In this document: positions 1 through 9,117 of the stretch, one piece after another
How positions within the stretch are numbered: the first letter of the stretch is position 1
How the letters are laid out: the number at the start of each line of letters is the position of its first letter
Source of the DNA: Nitratidesulfovibrio vulgaris str. Hildenborough
Lineage (GTDB): Bacteria > Desulfobacterota > Desulfovibrionia > Desulfovibrionales > Desulfovibrionaceae
Assembly: GCF_000195755.1 (NCBI RefSeq)
Contig: NC_002937.3
Coordinates: 840,001 to 872,000, forward strand
DNA length: 32,000 bases
Direction: 5' to 3'
Notes under the pieces: model-generated
What the model was told of the DNA's origin: nothing
Database searches by the model: none
Seen by the model: the letters and a program-made list of their open reading frames with translations, nothing else
Position numbers and translations under genes: made by a program

Positions 1-321
1 GATGCACCAGGAGCGTTGAAAGGCGTGTCATGCGCAGCCTGCCGTGGGTTGGCGTCAAACGATGCCAGCATGATACATGCACGGGGCCGGGAAGGAAAGT
101 GCGGGAACACCGGCGAACCGGCATTCCCGCACTCTGGCTGCACAGTGGCTGTGCTTGATCCTGCAAGGGCACAGGCGGGCGTTAGCCGCCTTCATGCCTG
201 CCGCCTCGGCAACCGGGGGCACTGTGCCATGGCCTCGCCGGTGATACAGTGGCGGGGGGGCAGCCCCCATCTGGTGGTCGCACCTTGGGCAGGCTTCTCG
301 TCTGGCCCGGTGGCCGGTGCG

Positions 322-2331
322 TCAGGCGGTGCGCATGGACTTGATGATGTCTCCAAGCCCCGTGGCTTGCCCGCGAAGTCGTTCCAGCTCCTCACGCAGC
401 CGGGTCATGCCCTCGGCGTTGTCAGCCGCACTGCCGCGTATCTCGTCGGTGGAACGGGCTATCTGCTCACTGGCTGCAGACTGCTGTTCAGCGGCGGTGG
501 CTATGGCCCGCACCTGGTCGGCGGTCTCGGCAGTCATGCCTACGATGGAACGCAGGGCCTCGCCCGCGCCCGAAGCCAGTTGCGTGGTCTTCTCCACCTC
601 GGTGGCGGTGGACTGGGCCGTTGCAAGGCTGTGCCGTGCGCTGGTCTGTATGGCGCGGATGAAGTCTTCGACTTCGCGGGTGGCGGTCATGGTCTTTTCG
701 GCCAGTTTGCGCACTTCGTCGGCCACCACGGCGAAGCCTCGCCCCGCGTCGCCAGCCCGTGCCGTTTCGATGGCGGCGTTGAGTGCCAGCAGGTTGGTCT
801 GGTCGGCGATGTCGCCGATGACGGCGATGATGCGTCCGATGCCCTCGGCCTGCTTGCCGAGGTCGTCCATGGCCTCGCCAAGGCGGGTCGCGTTGTCGCT
901 GACGCCTTCGATGGCGTCCAGTGCCTGCATGACGACATCGGCCCCGCGGTCGGCATGGTTGCGCGCCATTTCGGCACTTCCGGCTGCGGCGGCTGCCGAC
1001 CTTGCCACTTCAAGCACCGAGGCGTTCATCTCTTCGACGGCGACGGCGACTTCAGAGGTGCGTTGCTGTTGCGAGACCGCCCGTGTGAGCGATGCCTCGA
1101 CCTCTTCACCGATGCTGCCGGTGGTGGTGTTCAACTCCCGTTCTGTCTTGCCTGCGGCGTCTGCGGCCTCGGCGAGATGGGCGTTATGGCGGTGCAACTG
1201 TTCCTGCTGGTTGCGGAGTGCCGTCAGGTCGAAGCACGAGGTGAGCAGGCCGCGCAGCGAACGGTCCTCGCCCAAGACGGGCGCGACGGTGACGACCTGA
1301 AGGCTGCCGTCTGCGAAGGTCATCTCATCTTCGCGCGTCATGCCATCGTCCTGCGCCCTCTGAAGCAGCGCAAGCAACTCTGATGATGTCACGACCTGTC
1401 GCACGGGCAATCCGCTTTCCGGGGCCGTGGTGGCGCACTTGGCGATGGCTGCGAAGGGCTGGTTCCACCATGTGGCCCTTCCTTCAGCATCCACGAGAAG
1501 GCAGGGCTGCGGCAGCGCGGTCAGTACGCCACGCGCGAAGGCCACACGTTCGCGCAGGTCGTGCACCATGCGCTCAAGCGATTCGACAAGCACCGCCACT
1601 TCTCCGCAGGTATTGCGCAGCATCAGCGGAGTGTGGTCGCCCGCCGCGACCCTGCTGGCGTAGGCGGTGACAGCCGAAAGAGGACGCACGATGGAACGTG
1701 TGATGAAGAGGGCAAGAACGGCGAGAACCAGCGTGATGCTGCCCGCCAGCCACATGGCTGTCGTGCGGGCGCTGTCCAGTTCGTCACCGAAGGCGGTGTT
1801 GGCCGTTTCGAAATGGGCGTCCTTGCTCTCGACGATGCGGTTGAAGGTGCGGCGTGAGGCCTCGGCCAGCGGTGTCGCCTCCTTCTCGTAGGCCGGGTAG
1901 TGCGTGTGCCGTTCCGTATCAGGAACAGCGGCAAGGCGCTCGACAAAGGCGAGTCCACTCTCGGCGAAGGCGAGGGTCGAGCGTTCCGCCTCGGCGATGA
2001 GGGCTGCTTCGGCTGCGTCCACGGCACTCGCCCGCAGGGCCACGAAACCCTTGCGCATGGAGTCGATCGTCTTGCGCAGTCGGTCGGTGTCCTTGTCGAT
2101 GTCGCTTCCGAGCATGACGTTGCGGGTAAGGCGGCTGACATAGTTGAGGTCGCGACCGATGGCGAGTGTGGCGATTTTACCGTTGATGTCGTGCCGCGCC
2201 ATGAGACGGAAATGCTCACGTGCGTCACCAAGGGAATGTGTCATGAGCCATCCCACGGCAAGGACGGCTATGACCGCGCAGAGCGCGAGAAGATGGATGC
2301 GGCAACGGATGGACAGGTTACACTTGGTCAT
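322..2331 (-). CDS. methyl-accepting chemotaxis protein (2 TM, periplasmic sensor, HAMP, PAS-like linker, MA signalling domain)
   Basis: 669-aa ORF. It has an N-terminal TM ([17 protein letters not shown]), a second TM ([19 protein letters not shown]) followed by a HAMP-like segment, and the conserved MCP hairpin core near the C-terminus ([38 protein letters not shown]). Confidence 0.9.
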   Translation of the reverse strand: MTKCNLSIRCRIHLLALCAVIAVLAVGWLMTHSLGDAREHFRLMARHDINGKIATLAIGRDLNYVSRLTRNVMLGSDIDKDTDRLRKTIDSMRKGFVALRASAVDAAEAALIAEAERSTLAFAESGLAFVERLAAVPDTERHTHYPAYEKEATPLAEASRRTFNRIVESKDAHFETANTAFGDELDSARTTAMWLAGSITLVLAVLALFITRSIVRPLSAVTAYASRVAAGDHTPLMLRNTCGEVAVLVESLERMVHDLRERVAFARGVLTALPQPCLLVDAEGRATWWNQPFAAIAKCATTAPESGLPVRQVVTSSELLALLQRAQDDGMTREDEMTFADGSLQVVTVAPVLGEDRSLRGLLTSCFDLTALRNQQEQLHRHNAHLAEAADAAGKTERELNTTTGSIGEEVEASLTRAVSQQQRTSEVAVAVEEMNASVLEVARSAAAAAGSAEMARNHADRGADVVMQALDAIEGVSDNATRLGEAMDDLGKQAEGIGRIIAVIGDIADQTNLLALNAAIETARAGDAGRGFAVVADEVRKLAEKTMTATREVEDFIRAIQTSARHSLATAQSTATEVEKTTQLASGAGEALRSIVGMTAETADQVRAIATAAEQQSAASEQIARSTDEIRGSAADNAEGMTRLREELERLRGQATGLGDIIKSMRTA

Positions 2332-2514
2332 TCAGGGCTCCGGAGGGCATGTCGGTGTTCACTGGGCAGTCATGGTCTTCCGGTGGCGGTTGCGTCGCTG
2401 TGCGTGACCGTCATCGGGAGACCTCGGGTTTCGGGTTGGGGCAGCGGGAAGGCAACAGACTGATGATGGGGCAATCGAGATAGCCCCGTAGGTTTGATGC
2501 CGGAATGTCATATC

Positions 2515-2530
2515 AGCAAGAGCAGTGCCA
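2515..2530 (-). promoter_or_regulatory. sigma54 (RpoN) -24/-12 promoter, exact consensus TGGCAC-N5-TTGCT
   Basis: The reverse complement of 2515..2530 reads TGGCACTGCTCTTGCT. It is intergenic, in the correct orientation, and ~185 nt upstream of the MCP start codon at 2331. Confidence 0.6.
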
Positions 2531-2668
2531 TTCTTGTTTCGGGTGTCGCCTCTATCTTGACGTGTGGTTGCAGGGGCCGGAGTCGCCGGAGATACGGAGG
2601 CTGTTCCTGTACGGCCCGCAGAGGAGGGGCTGGTGTGCTGTAATGGAACATCGCTCGACCATAATCGA

Positions 2669-2700
2669 ACAGGGGCCTCCCGTTGTCGGAAGGCCCCTGT
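2669..2700 (-). terminator. intrinsic terminator-like hairpin after the ABC permease gene
   Basis: The minus-strand RNA reads ACAGGGGCCTTCC-GACAACG-GGAGGCCCCTGT (about 13 bp) followed by UUCGAUUAUGG. It lies 27 nt downstream of the permease stop at 2727. Confidence 0.6.
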
Positions 2701-2726
2701 ATCTGGCGATGGGATTCCGGTCGGTG

Positions 2727-4517
2727 TCACATGCGGAGATTGATCTTCTCCGGCGAAAGCCTGCGTTCAAGGCGGGCGGCGTAGACCGACATCGACCAGC
2801 AGCAGATGAAGTACAGGAAGGCGACGGTGCCGTAGATTTCCATGGGGTAGACCATGAGGCGGTTGTTGATGCCCTGCGCCACGAAGGTGAGTTCAAGCAC
2901 GCCCAGCACGAACGCCAGCGAGGTGTCCTTGAAGATGGCGATGAACTGCCCCACGATGGCGGGAATCATCTGCTTGAGCGCCTGCGGCAGGATGATGCGC
3001 CGCATGGTCTGAACGAAGGTGAGTCCGGTCGAGTACGCCGCCTCGACCTGTCCCGCAGGAATGTTCTGGATGCCAGCCCGCACGATTTCGGCAAGGTAGG
3101 CACCCGTGAACAGTGTCAGGGCGATGGTCGCCGACCAGAACACGTTGAAGAACGTGTTGAACAGCACGGGAATGAAGAAATAGATCCAGAAGATGACGAT
3201 GATAAGCGGGTTGCCGCGTATCAGCTCGATATACAGCAGGCAGGGGATGCGGCAGATGCGGTTGTCTGATGTGCGGCCGATGCCCACGACGAGACCGATG
3301 AAGAAACTCACGCTGATGGCGATGACCGCCATGAGCAGCGAATAGGCAAGGCCGCCAAGCCCCATGAAGAGTTCATCGGACTGCCCGTTGGGGAAGTGCC
3401 ATATGAGCAGCGTACGCAGGTTGTCGGCGATGACGCCCCAGTTGAAGTTGTAGAGTCCCCGCGCCGTGACGAAGAGAAGCCCGCCCAGCGCGAGGATGAA
3501 TGCTCCCTTGCACAGAAGGCTGGCACCCTTGCCCGCCATCTGCATGGCGACACGCATGGTCGCCATGGCGGGTGAATAGGTCGCGCTCGTCGCTGCGCGG
3601 CGTCTGCGGCGCAGGGCGCGTCCGATGGGGCGCACGAACACGCGCCGGATGAGGCTGACGGGCAGCAGCACGGCGTCCACGAACATGACGGATAGCGACC
3701 GCTTGGGAGCGGTGTCGAGACGCATCTTGCCGTTGACGCCGTTGAGGATGAACGAGATGAGCAGCGACAGCGAGAGATAGAGGACGGTGGCGGCGGATGT
3801 CGCCTCGAAACCCTTGAAGGTGAGCGATTCGACCTGTTGCGACTGCCATGTGAGTTCGGCCACACCCACGACCATGGCCAGCGACGAGTTCTTCATGTTG
3901 TTGAGGAACTCGCTGCCCAGCGGCGGGATGATGGCCCTGAAGGCCATGGGCAGGATGATGGTGCGCAGCACCTGCACGTAGTTGAGCCCCGACGAGTAGG
4001 CGGCTTCAAGCAGCCCCTTCGGGATGGACTGGAGACCGGCGCGGATGACTTCCGCCATGAACGCGCTGGTGTACACCGAAAGCCCGATGGTGGCGCACCA
4101 GAATTCGAAGTTGCCGGTGAAGAGCAGTTCGCGGATGTTTTCCGGGAGTATGGCCGGAAAGGCGAAATACCAGAAGAACAGCTGCACCAGCAGCGGCGTG
4201 TTGCGGAAGAACTCCACGACGGCGGTGGCGGTGAGGCGCAGCGGTGCAAAGAGCGACAGGCGCGCTATGCCGAGAACGGTGCCAAGGCCGAGGGCCAGTG
4301 CGGAACTGATGAGCGAGATACGGACCGTGACACCAAGCCCCTTGAGAATCTCGAGACCGAGATGCGTACCGTAGGTGGTGTTCCGGGTGAAGAGGATATC
4401 CCACTGGAACTGGTAGCCGAAATCGAAGACCCAGCCCCAGTAGTAGACGGCGAGCAGGGTGATGGAACACAGTACGAGGTACTGTACCCATGTCTTGTCC
4501 AGCCAGTATCGGATCAT
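2727..4517 (-). CDS. amino-acid ABC transporter permease, two fused His/Glu/Gln/Arg-opine family permease domains
   Basis: There are two tandem permease modules, each with an EAA loop (LEAAYSSGLNYVQVLRTIILP and VEAAYSTGLTFVQTMRRIILP), joined by an Arg-rich linker (RALRRRRRAATSA). I chose the ATG at 4517. The ORF-track TTG at 4559 lies inside a 12-bp hairpin stem and remains an alternative start. Confidence 0.88.
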   Translation of the reverse strand: MIRYWLDKTWVQYLVLCSITLLAVYYWGWVFDFGYQFQWDILFTRNTTYGTHLGLEILKGLGVTVRISLISSALALGLGTVLGIARLSLFAPLRLTATAVVEFFRNTPLLVQLFFWYFAFPAILPENIRELLFTGNFEFWCATIGLSVYTSAFMAEVIRAGLQSIPKGLLEAAYSSGLNYVQVLRTIILPMAFRAIIPPLGSEFLNNMKNSSLAMVVGVAELTWQSQQVESLTFKGFEATSAATVLYLSLSLLISFILNGVNGKMRLDTAPKRSLSVMFVDAVLLPVSLIRRVFVRPIGRALRRRRRAATSATYSPAMATMRVAMQMAGKGASLLCKGAFILALGGLLFVTARGLYNFNWGVIADNLRTLLIWHFPNGQSDELFMGLGGLAYSLLMAVIAISVSFFIGLVVGIGRTSDNRICRIPCLLYIELIRGNPLIIVIFWIYFFIPVLFNTFFNVFWSATIALTLFTGAYLAEIVRAGIQNIPAGQVEAAYSTGLTFVQTMRRIILPQALKQMIPAIVGQFIAIFKDTSLAFVLGVLELTFVAQGINNRLMVYPMEIYGTVAFLYFICCWSMSVYAARLERRLSPEKINLRM

Positions 4518-4546
4518 GTGAGGCGCCGTGTGCTTGTGCCGTTGGT

Positions 4547-4582
4547 GGAAGAAGCGCAAGCCCGGTCGAGCCGGGCTTGCGC
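4547..4582 (-). terminator. intercistronic hairpin or partial terminator between the binding-protein and permease genes
   Basis: A perfect 12-bp stem, GCGCAAGCCCGG / CCGGGCTTGCGC (4554-4565 and 4571-4582), has a 5-nt loop. On the minus-strand RNA it is followed by UUCUUCC. Confidence 0.55.
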
Positions 4583-4605
4583 GGTTCTAGCCTGTACGGT
4601 GGCGG

Positions 4606-5433
4606 TTAGGGCCACATTTCGATCTGACCGGCGAGGGGCATTTCGAAGGGAGTGCCGGGGCCGTACCACTTGTTGTAGATGGTCTTGTAGGTGCCGTCCT
4701 TCCACATGTCCTGCAGGGCGGCGTTCACGGCGTCACGCAGGGCGGAGTCGTCCTGCGGCATGGCGATGCCGTAGGGCTCTTCGGCGAGGAAGTTGCCCAC
4801 CAGTTCGAACTTGCCGGGTTCCTTCGCGGAGTAGCCCACGAGGATGGAGGCGTCGGTCGACCAGCCGGCCACGCGACCCATCTGCAGAGCCTGGAAGCAC
4901 TCGGACTCCTTCTGGAAGGAGATGACGCTCTGGTCGGGGTTGGGGTCACCGGCTTCCTTGAGGGCGCGCTTCACGTTCACTTCGGACGTGGTGCCCTGCA
5001 TGGTGGCGATCTTCTTGCCCACCATGTCCTTCACGGACTTGAACTGGCCCTTCTTGGCGAGGACCTTCTGACCGTCGAAGAAGTAGGTGATGGAGAAGTC
5101 GACCGACTTGTCGCGTTCACGGGTGTGGGTCATGTTCGACACGGAGATGTCGACGCGGCCCTGCTGGACGTAGGCGATGCGGGTCTTGTTGTTGACCTGC
5201 ACACGCTCGATGTCCACGCCCATGCGCTTGGCGATTTCGGTGGCGATGTCGTAGTCGAAGCCGCCCCATTCGCCCTTCTCGTTGTAGAAGCCGCCGGGGA
5301 TGGAGTCGGTCATGAGGCCGACGCGGATCTTCTTGTCCTTCATCACGTTGTCATAGGCGGGGCCGGCAAGGGCCGCAGAGCCGGTGAAGACCAGAAAGGC
5401 CGCGGCAAGGGCGATGATCTTTCCAAGACGCAT
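4606..5433 (-). CDS. amino-acid ABC transporter substrate-binding protein (family 3 SBP)
   Basis: 275 aa with a signal peptide (MRLGKIIALAAAFLVFTGSAALA) and polar amino-acid SBP-like sequence (GFDYDIATEIAKRMG, KIATMQGTTSE). There is a GGGAG SD upstream of the ATG. Confidence 0.92.
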   Translation of the reverse strand: MRLGKIIALAAAFLVFTGSAALAGPAYDNVMKDKKIRVGLMTDSIPGGFYNEKGEWGGFDYDIATEIAKRMGVDIERVQVNNKTRIAYVQQGRVDISVSNMTHTRERDKSVDFSITYFFDGQKVLAKKGQFKSVKDMVGKKIATMQGTTSEVNVKRALKEAGDPNPDQSVISFQKESECFQALQMGRVAGWSTDASILVGYSAKEPGKFELVGNFLAEEPYGIAMPQDDSALRDAVNAALQDMWKDGTYKTIYNKWYGPGTPFEMPLAGQIEMWP

Positions 5434-5530
5434 GGGTGCACTCCCGTTTGAGATGTTCCGAACCCGTCGGCCGCCCCTCGCGGCACGACGTAAACCGAAG
5501 GCCCGCCGCGCCGACGGGCCATCATGCCGT

Positions 5531-6262
5531 CTAGTGCGTGAGTATCTTGCTGAGGAACTCGCGCGAACGCTCGTGCTGGGGATTGTTGAAGAAGGCGTCG
5601 GGCGTGTTCTGTTCGACCAGTATGCCCTGGTCCATGAAGATGACGCGGTCGGCCACTTCGCGGGCGAACCCCATTTCGTGCGTCACGCAGACCATGGTCA
5701 TGCCCTCGCGGGCGAGTTGACGCATGACGTCGAGAACTTCGTTGATCATTTCGGGGTCGAGGGCGGAGGTCGGTTCGTCGAAGAGCATGATGCGCGGCTT
5801 CATGGCGAGACCGCGTGCGATGGCCACACGCTGCTGCTGCCCGCCTGACAGCTGCCCCGGGTACGCACCTGCCTTGTCGGGGATGTTCACCTTCTCGAGC
5901 AGTTCCATGGCAGTACGCTCCGCCTCGGCACGGGGGATGTTCCGTACGAGGGTGGGCGCCAGCGTGATGTTCTCCAGTACGGTCATGTGCGGGTACAGGT
6001 TGAACTGCTGGAATACGAAACCCACCTCGGCCCTGAGCAGGGTGAGGTTGGTGCGCGGTGCGTTGATGTCTATGCCGTCGACGACGATGTTGCCTTTCTG
6101 GATGGCTTCGAGACGGTTGATGCAGCGGATGAGCGTGCTCTTTCCGGAGCCGCTCGGCCCGCAGATGACGACCACTTCGCCCTGGGCGATGTCGAGATTG
6201 ATGTCATTGAGCACGTGCAGACCGCTCGGGTACCACTTGTGCACATGTTCGAAGTGGATCAC
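5531..6262 (-). CDS. amino-acid ABC transporter ATP-binding protein (GlnQ/HisP-like)
   Basis: Walker A (GPSGSGKST), ABC signature ([13 protein letters not shown]) and Walker B ([12 protein letters not shown]) are all present. The start is GTG at 6260-6262, preceded by GGAG. Confidence 0.95.
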   Translation of the reverse strand: MIHFEHVHKWYPSGLHVLNDINLDIAQGEVVVICGPSGSGKSTLIRCINRLEAIQKGNIVVDGIDINAPRTNLTLLRAEVGFVFQQFNLYPHMTVLENITLAPTLVRNIPRAEAERTAMELLEKVNIPDKAGAYPGQLSGGQQQRVAIARGLAMKPRIMLFDEPTSALDPEMINEVLDVMRQLAREGMTMVCVTHEMGFAREVADRVIFMDQGILVEQNTPDAFFNNPQHERSREFLSKILTH

Positions 6263-6504
6263 GTGATGCTCCGTTCTGTTCGGTGAGGGGAAAAGGCCCC
6301 CGCTCCCGTGTAGCAGAACGGTTCCCGGAGCACAAGACGCGATGTGGTCGGCTTTACAAAACTGTCATTTGCGGGGTCTGATGCCGCGACCATGCTCGTC
6401 AGGGGGAATGCGGCCCGCCATCCGATTGGTCGTACAATCAGATGGTTGACGAGGGTAGGTGCCCATGCCGTTTTTCCTGAGAGGAAGGTGTTATTTCAAA
6501 AACG

Positions 6505-7872
6505 TCAAGACGGAGGGTCGCTGTAGGGGAGCTCGAACCAGAACACGTTACCGCAGACATCATGGTGGTAGCCCGTATGTCCGCCGTGCAGGTCGACGAT
6601 TTCGCGCACGAAATGCAGCCCGTGTCCTGTGCCGTATTCGCCTGTGGTGTTGCGTCCACGAAAGTCGGGTTCGAAGAGGTGAGGTACGTCGGCGGCATCG
6701 ACAGGCGGTCCGCTTGTGCACACCTCGACGCGTACCGCGGGTTTCCCCTCTCCGAAGGCATTCTCCACGAACACGATACGGCAGCACATGGTGAGGCTTT
6801 CGTCATCCGGGTCGGGGCGGGTGTACTTGACGGCGTTGGAAAGCAGGTTCGCGATGACCTGACTGATGAGCCCCGTATCGGCAAGCACCAGACGCGGTGT
6901 GTCATCGTCGTAGAGGGGCATGCAGACCTTCACGCCCTTCTCCTCGAGTCTGCCCTTGAAGCGCTCGACCTGCGGCAGCACTACGCGTTGCAGCAGGTCG
7001 ATGTGGCTCTTCTGGAGCACATAGTGCCCCTGATCGAAATGGCTCTGTCGCAACAGGGTCTCGAGAAACATGCTCGACTGCTGGAAGTGCCTGTATATCT
7101 CACTGTACTGTTCTTCAAGGCGCTCATGGAGATAGCCGAGCTGATGCATCGCCTCGGCAAGGACGTTGGTGCTGGAGCAGTCTCCATGCAACAAGGTTTC
7201 ACGCACCTGTGACATGGACTGGATCTTGCCTTCAAGCTGTCTGAAAAGAAGCTTGAAATACATGTTCGGCACGATGACATTGTGCCCTATGTCGTGGACA
7301 AGGCTGCGTATGAAGCGAATGTGCTCGCGGTTCTTGAAGAACATGAGCTTGTTGTGCAACTGGAAGCCGACCCTGTTCGCATACTTTTGCAGATACAGTA
7401 TCTGGTGGTCGGTGAGGGGCTGACGCGGATGCACGACAAGCATCCCGAGTGCATCGCCCACCGGAGTCACGGGCAGGCTCGACCTCTCTGCACTGCGCCC
7501 CCTGACAGGAATACGGTATTCGCCATCCCGGAAGGCGGGCTGTTCTGCAAGTTCACCCGGTAGTGGAGGTGTCGCCGTGGTCGGTCCGAGGTCGGGTGAG
7601 CGCCGGACAAGACTGCCTGAAGGGTCGAGCGTATAGAGTTCGGCTTCAAGGTCGAAGAACTGTTTGAGCACCAGTACGGCCAACGAGTAGAGGTCTTCGA
7701 GAGAGTCGAATTCCTGGGCGAGGTCGAAGAATACATTGAGGGCGCACGTCTGGCGAGGGCTGAAACCGTAGCTGCCGTAGTCCGAGACCTTGGCCCCGAT
7801 ACGTTCGGCGACGGAGGCATAGCCTGCCGCCTGTGCGGTGATGGCGCGGCCCTGTTCGGTGAGGCTGCTCAT
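6505..7872 (-). CDS. cytoplasmic sensor histidine kinase (GAF-like N-terminal region, HisKA + HATPase_c), no adjacent response regulator
   Basis: H-box (SLVHDIGHNV), N-box (NLLSNAVKYT) and G-box (GTGHGLHFVREIVDLHGG) are present, and there is no TM segment. The start was moved to the ATG at 7872 (MSSLTEQ), which has an AAGGAG SD 7 nt upstream. Confidence 0.85.
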   Translation of the reverse strand: MSSLTEQGRAITAQAAGYASVAERIGAKVSDYGSYGFSPRQTCALNVFFDLAQEFDSLEDLYSLAVLVLKQFFDLEAELYTLDPSGSLVRRSPDLGPTTATPPLPGELAEQPAFRDGEYRIPVRGRSAERSSLPVTPVGDALGMLVVHPRQPLTDHQILYLQKYANRVGFQLHNKLMFFKNREHIRFIRSLVHDIGHNVIVPNMYFKLLFRQLEGKIQSMSQVRETLLHGDCSSTNVLAEAMHQLGYLHERLEEQYSEIYRHFQQSSMFLETLLRQSHFDQGHYVLQKSHIDLLQRVVLPQVERFKGRLEEKGVKVCMPLYDDDTPRLVLADTGLISQVIANLLSNAVKYTRPDPDDESLTMCCRIVFVENAFGEGKPAVRVEVCTSGPPVDAADVPHLFEPDFRGRNTTGEYGTGHGLHFVREIVDLHGGHTGYHHDVCGNVFWFELPYSDPPS

Positions 7873-8083
7873 GCACGGGCTCCTTGAAAGGTTGCCGTTT
7901 GAAGCAGTATGCATCATTTAAAGGTATGCGCCAAGGCGTTACCGAAGCCTGCCTGATGCTTTTCGATGGCAGTGGTTTTGGCTGGAACTCTGTCAATGTC
8001 TTATTTTCTAACGTATTGACGTGCGTATCTCTAACATGGCAACAGTTTATAGTTAACAGTTGATTGTCGGGGGGGGAGGTCGC

Positions 8084-8797
8084 ATGTTTCTGGTTACTGG
8101 CGTGTTCGTCTCTGTGCGGCACGAACGCACGGGTACGGGCACTACCGCGCGTGAGAGTGTCCAGCGGATTACGTGGTTCGGAACGCTACGGGATGACGGG
8201 GTGGCACTTGTCATGCCGCTTTCGGACAGGATGCTTCCCACGGGGATAATCCGTGAGGTTCCTGAAGAGCGATTCCTTGAAGAGTTCATGCCTGACCAGG
8301 CAACCTATGAAGAGCATTTCCGCGAGACTGCCGAGAGTCTGAGAGGGCGCCTTCAGCTGGCGTCGACACTGCCTACCGACCTGTATCCCGAAGAGCGCAT
8401 CCTGCTTGACGCCCTCTCCGCACTGTTGCACGGGCGAAGTGCCGCGAAGCCGGTAGATGCGGATATACCCGCCGTGCTCGAATTGCTCGCGCACGGGCAG
8501 GAAGGACGCTCCGCAGGTGCGTTCCAGACCCGGCTGAGTGGGGCTGCGGTGGACTACAGACGGCAGGGAGACTATCCGCGGGCCCTGCTGTTCTACGACA
8601 GGGCGCTGACCATGCAGGGGCAGGAGGACAGGCTGCTCTTCAACGTCGCACGGGTGCACTACGAGATGGGCGAACTTGCCGAGGCCGAGACGTGTCTGAA
8701 GCGTGCCCTCGAAAGCAATCCGGCACTGGAAGAGGCCGGAAGGTTTCTGGCTTTCCTCCAGAAGACGACCCTGCAACCACAGGCGGGAGATGAATGA
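8084..8797 (+). CDS. TPR-repeat protein
   Basis: The C-terminal half has TPR-like repeats (GDYPRALLFYDRALTMQG, MGELAEAETCLKRALESNP). The ATG at 8084 is preceded by a GGGGGGGGAGG SD. The stop overlaps the next start as ATGA. Confidence 0.75.
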   Translation: MFLVTGVFVSVRHERTGTGTTARESVQRITWFGTLRDDGVALVMPLSDRMLPTGIIREVPEERFLEEFMPDQATYEEHFRETAESLRGRLQLASTLPTDLYPEERILLDALSALLHGRSAAKPVDADIPAVLELLAHGQEGRSAGAFQTRLSGAAVDYRRQGDYPRALLFYDRALTMQGQEDRLLFNVARVHYEMGELAEAETCLKRALESNPALEEAGRFLAFLQKTTLQPQAGDE

Positions 8798-9117
8798 TGG
8801 AACGCCGACTCGCCGAACGCCTCGCCCTTGATGCCCCATGCTTCATCGAAGCGGATACGGCAAAGGGGCGGTTTCCCGTGATGCTGTGCAACGTGAGTCC
8901 CGGCGGCGCCATGATAGGACTTCCTCCCGGAGAGGAGGTCATGGCGGTGGGTGACATGCTGCGCCTTCGGGCAATGCCCGCCAGTCTTGCCCCGTTCTCC
9001 GAAGGCGTTTCAGGGCGCGTGATGTGGTGTGCGGGCAACAGGTGCGGCGTGCAGTTCGACATGCCCCTTCCTGTCACCACGGAAGCATTGCGCACACTGC
9101 TGCTGGAGATGGACTGA
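8794..9117 (+). CDS. single-domain PilZ protein (c-di-GMP receptor)
   Basis: Both PilZ signatures are present with the expected spacing: RxxxR (RLAER, residues 5-9) and (D/N)xSxxG (NVSPGG). It has a 4-nt overlap with the upstream TPR gene. Confidence 0.8.
   Translation: MMERRLAERLALDAPCFIEADTAKGRFPVMLCNVSPGGAMIGLPPGEEVMAVGDMLRLRAMPASLAPFSEGVSGRVMWCAGNRCGVQFDMPLPVTTEALRTLLLEMD

Noticed and set aside
1-321. A possible gene or terminator in the first 321 nt, downstream of the MCP stop.
   Set aside because: There are only short, compositionally implausible ORFs. The GGGGG-GCAG-CCCCC mini-hairpin (~255-268) has no U-tract. Nothing here is supportable from the sequence alone.
16-1383. A 455-aa plus-strand ORF overlapping the MCP gene. 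Similar long antisense ORFs occur at 3837..4925, 15597..16715, 20971..22077, 24793..27150 (785 aa) and 26996..28657.
   Set aside because: These are shadow ORFs opposite well-supported genes in high-GC DNA. Their translations are low-complexity and Gly/Arg/Ala/Val-rich, have no recognisable motifs, and lack SD sequences.
7967-7982. A sigma54-like element, TGGCAG-N..-TTGGC, upstream of the TPR-PilZ unit.
   Set aside because: The spacing between GG and GC is 11 nt rather than the strictly conserved 10 nt.
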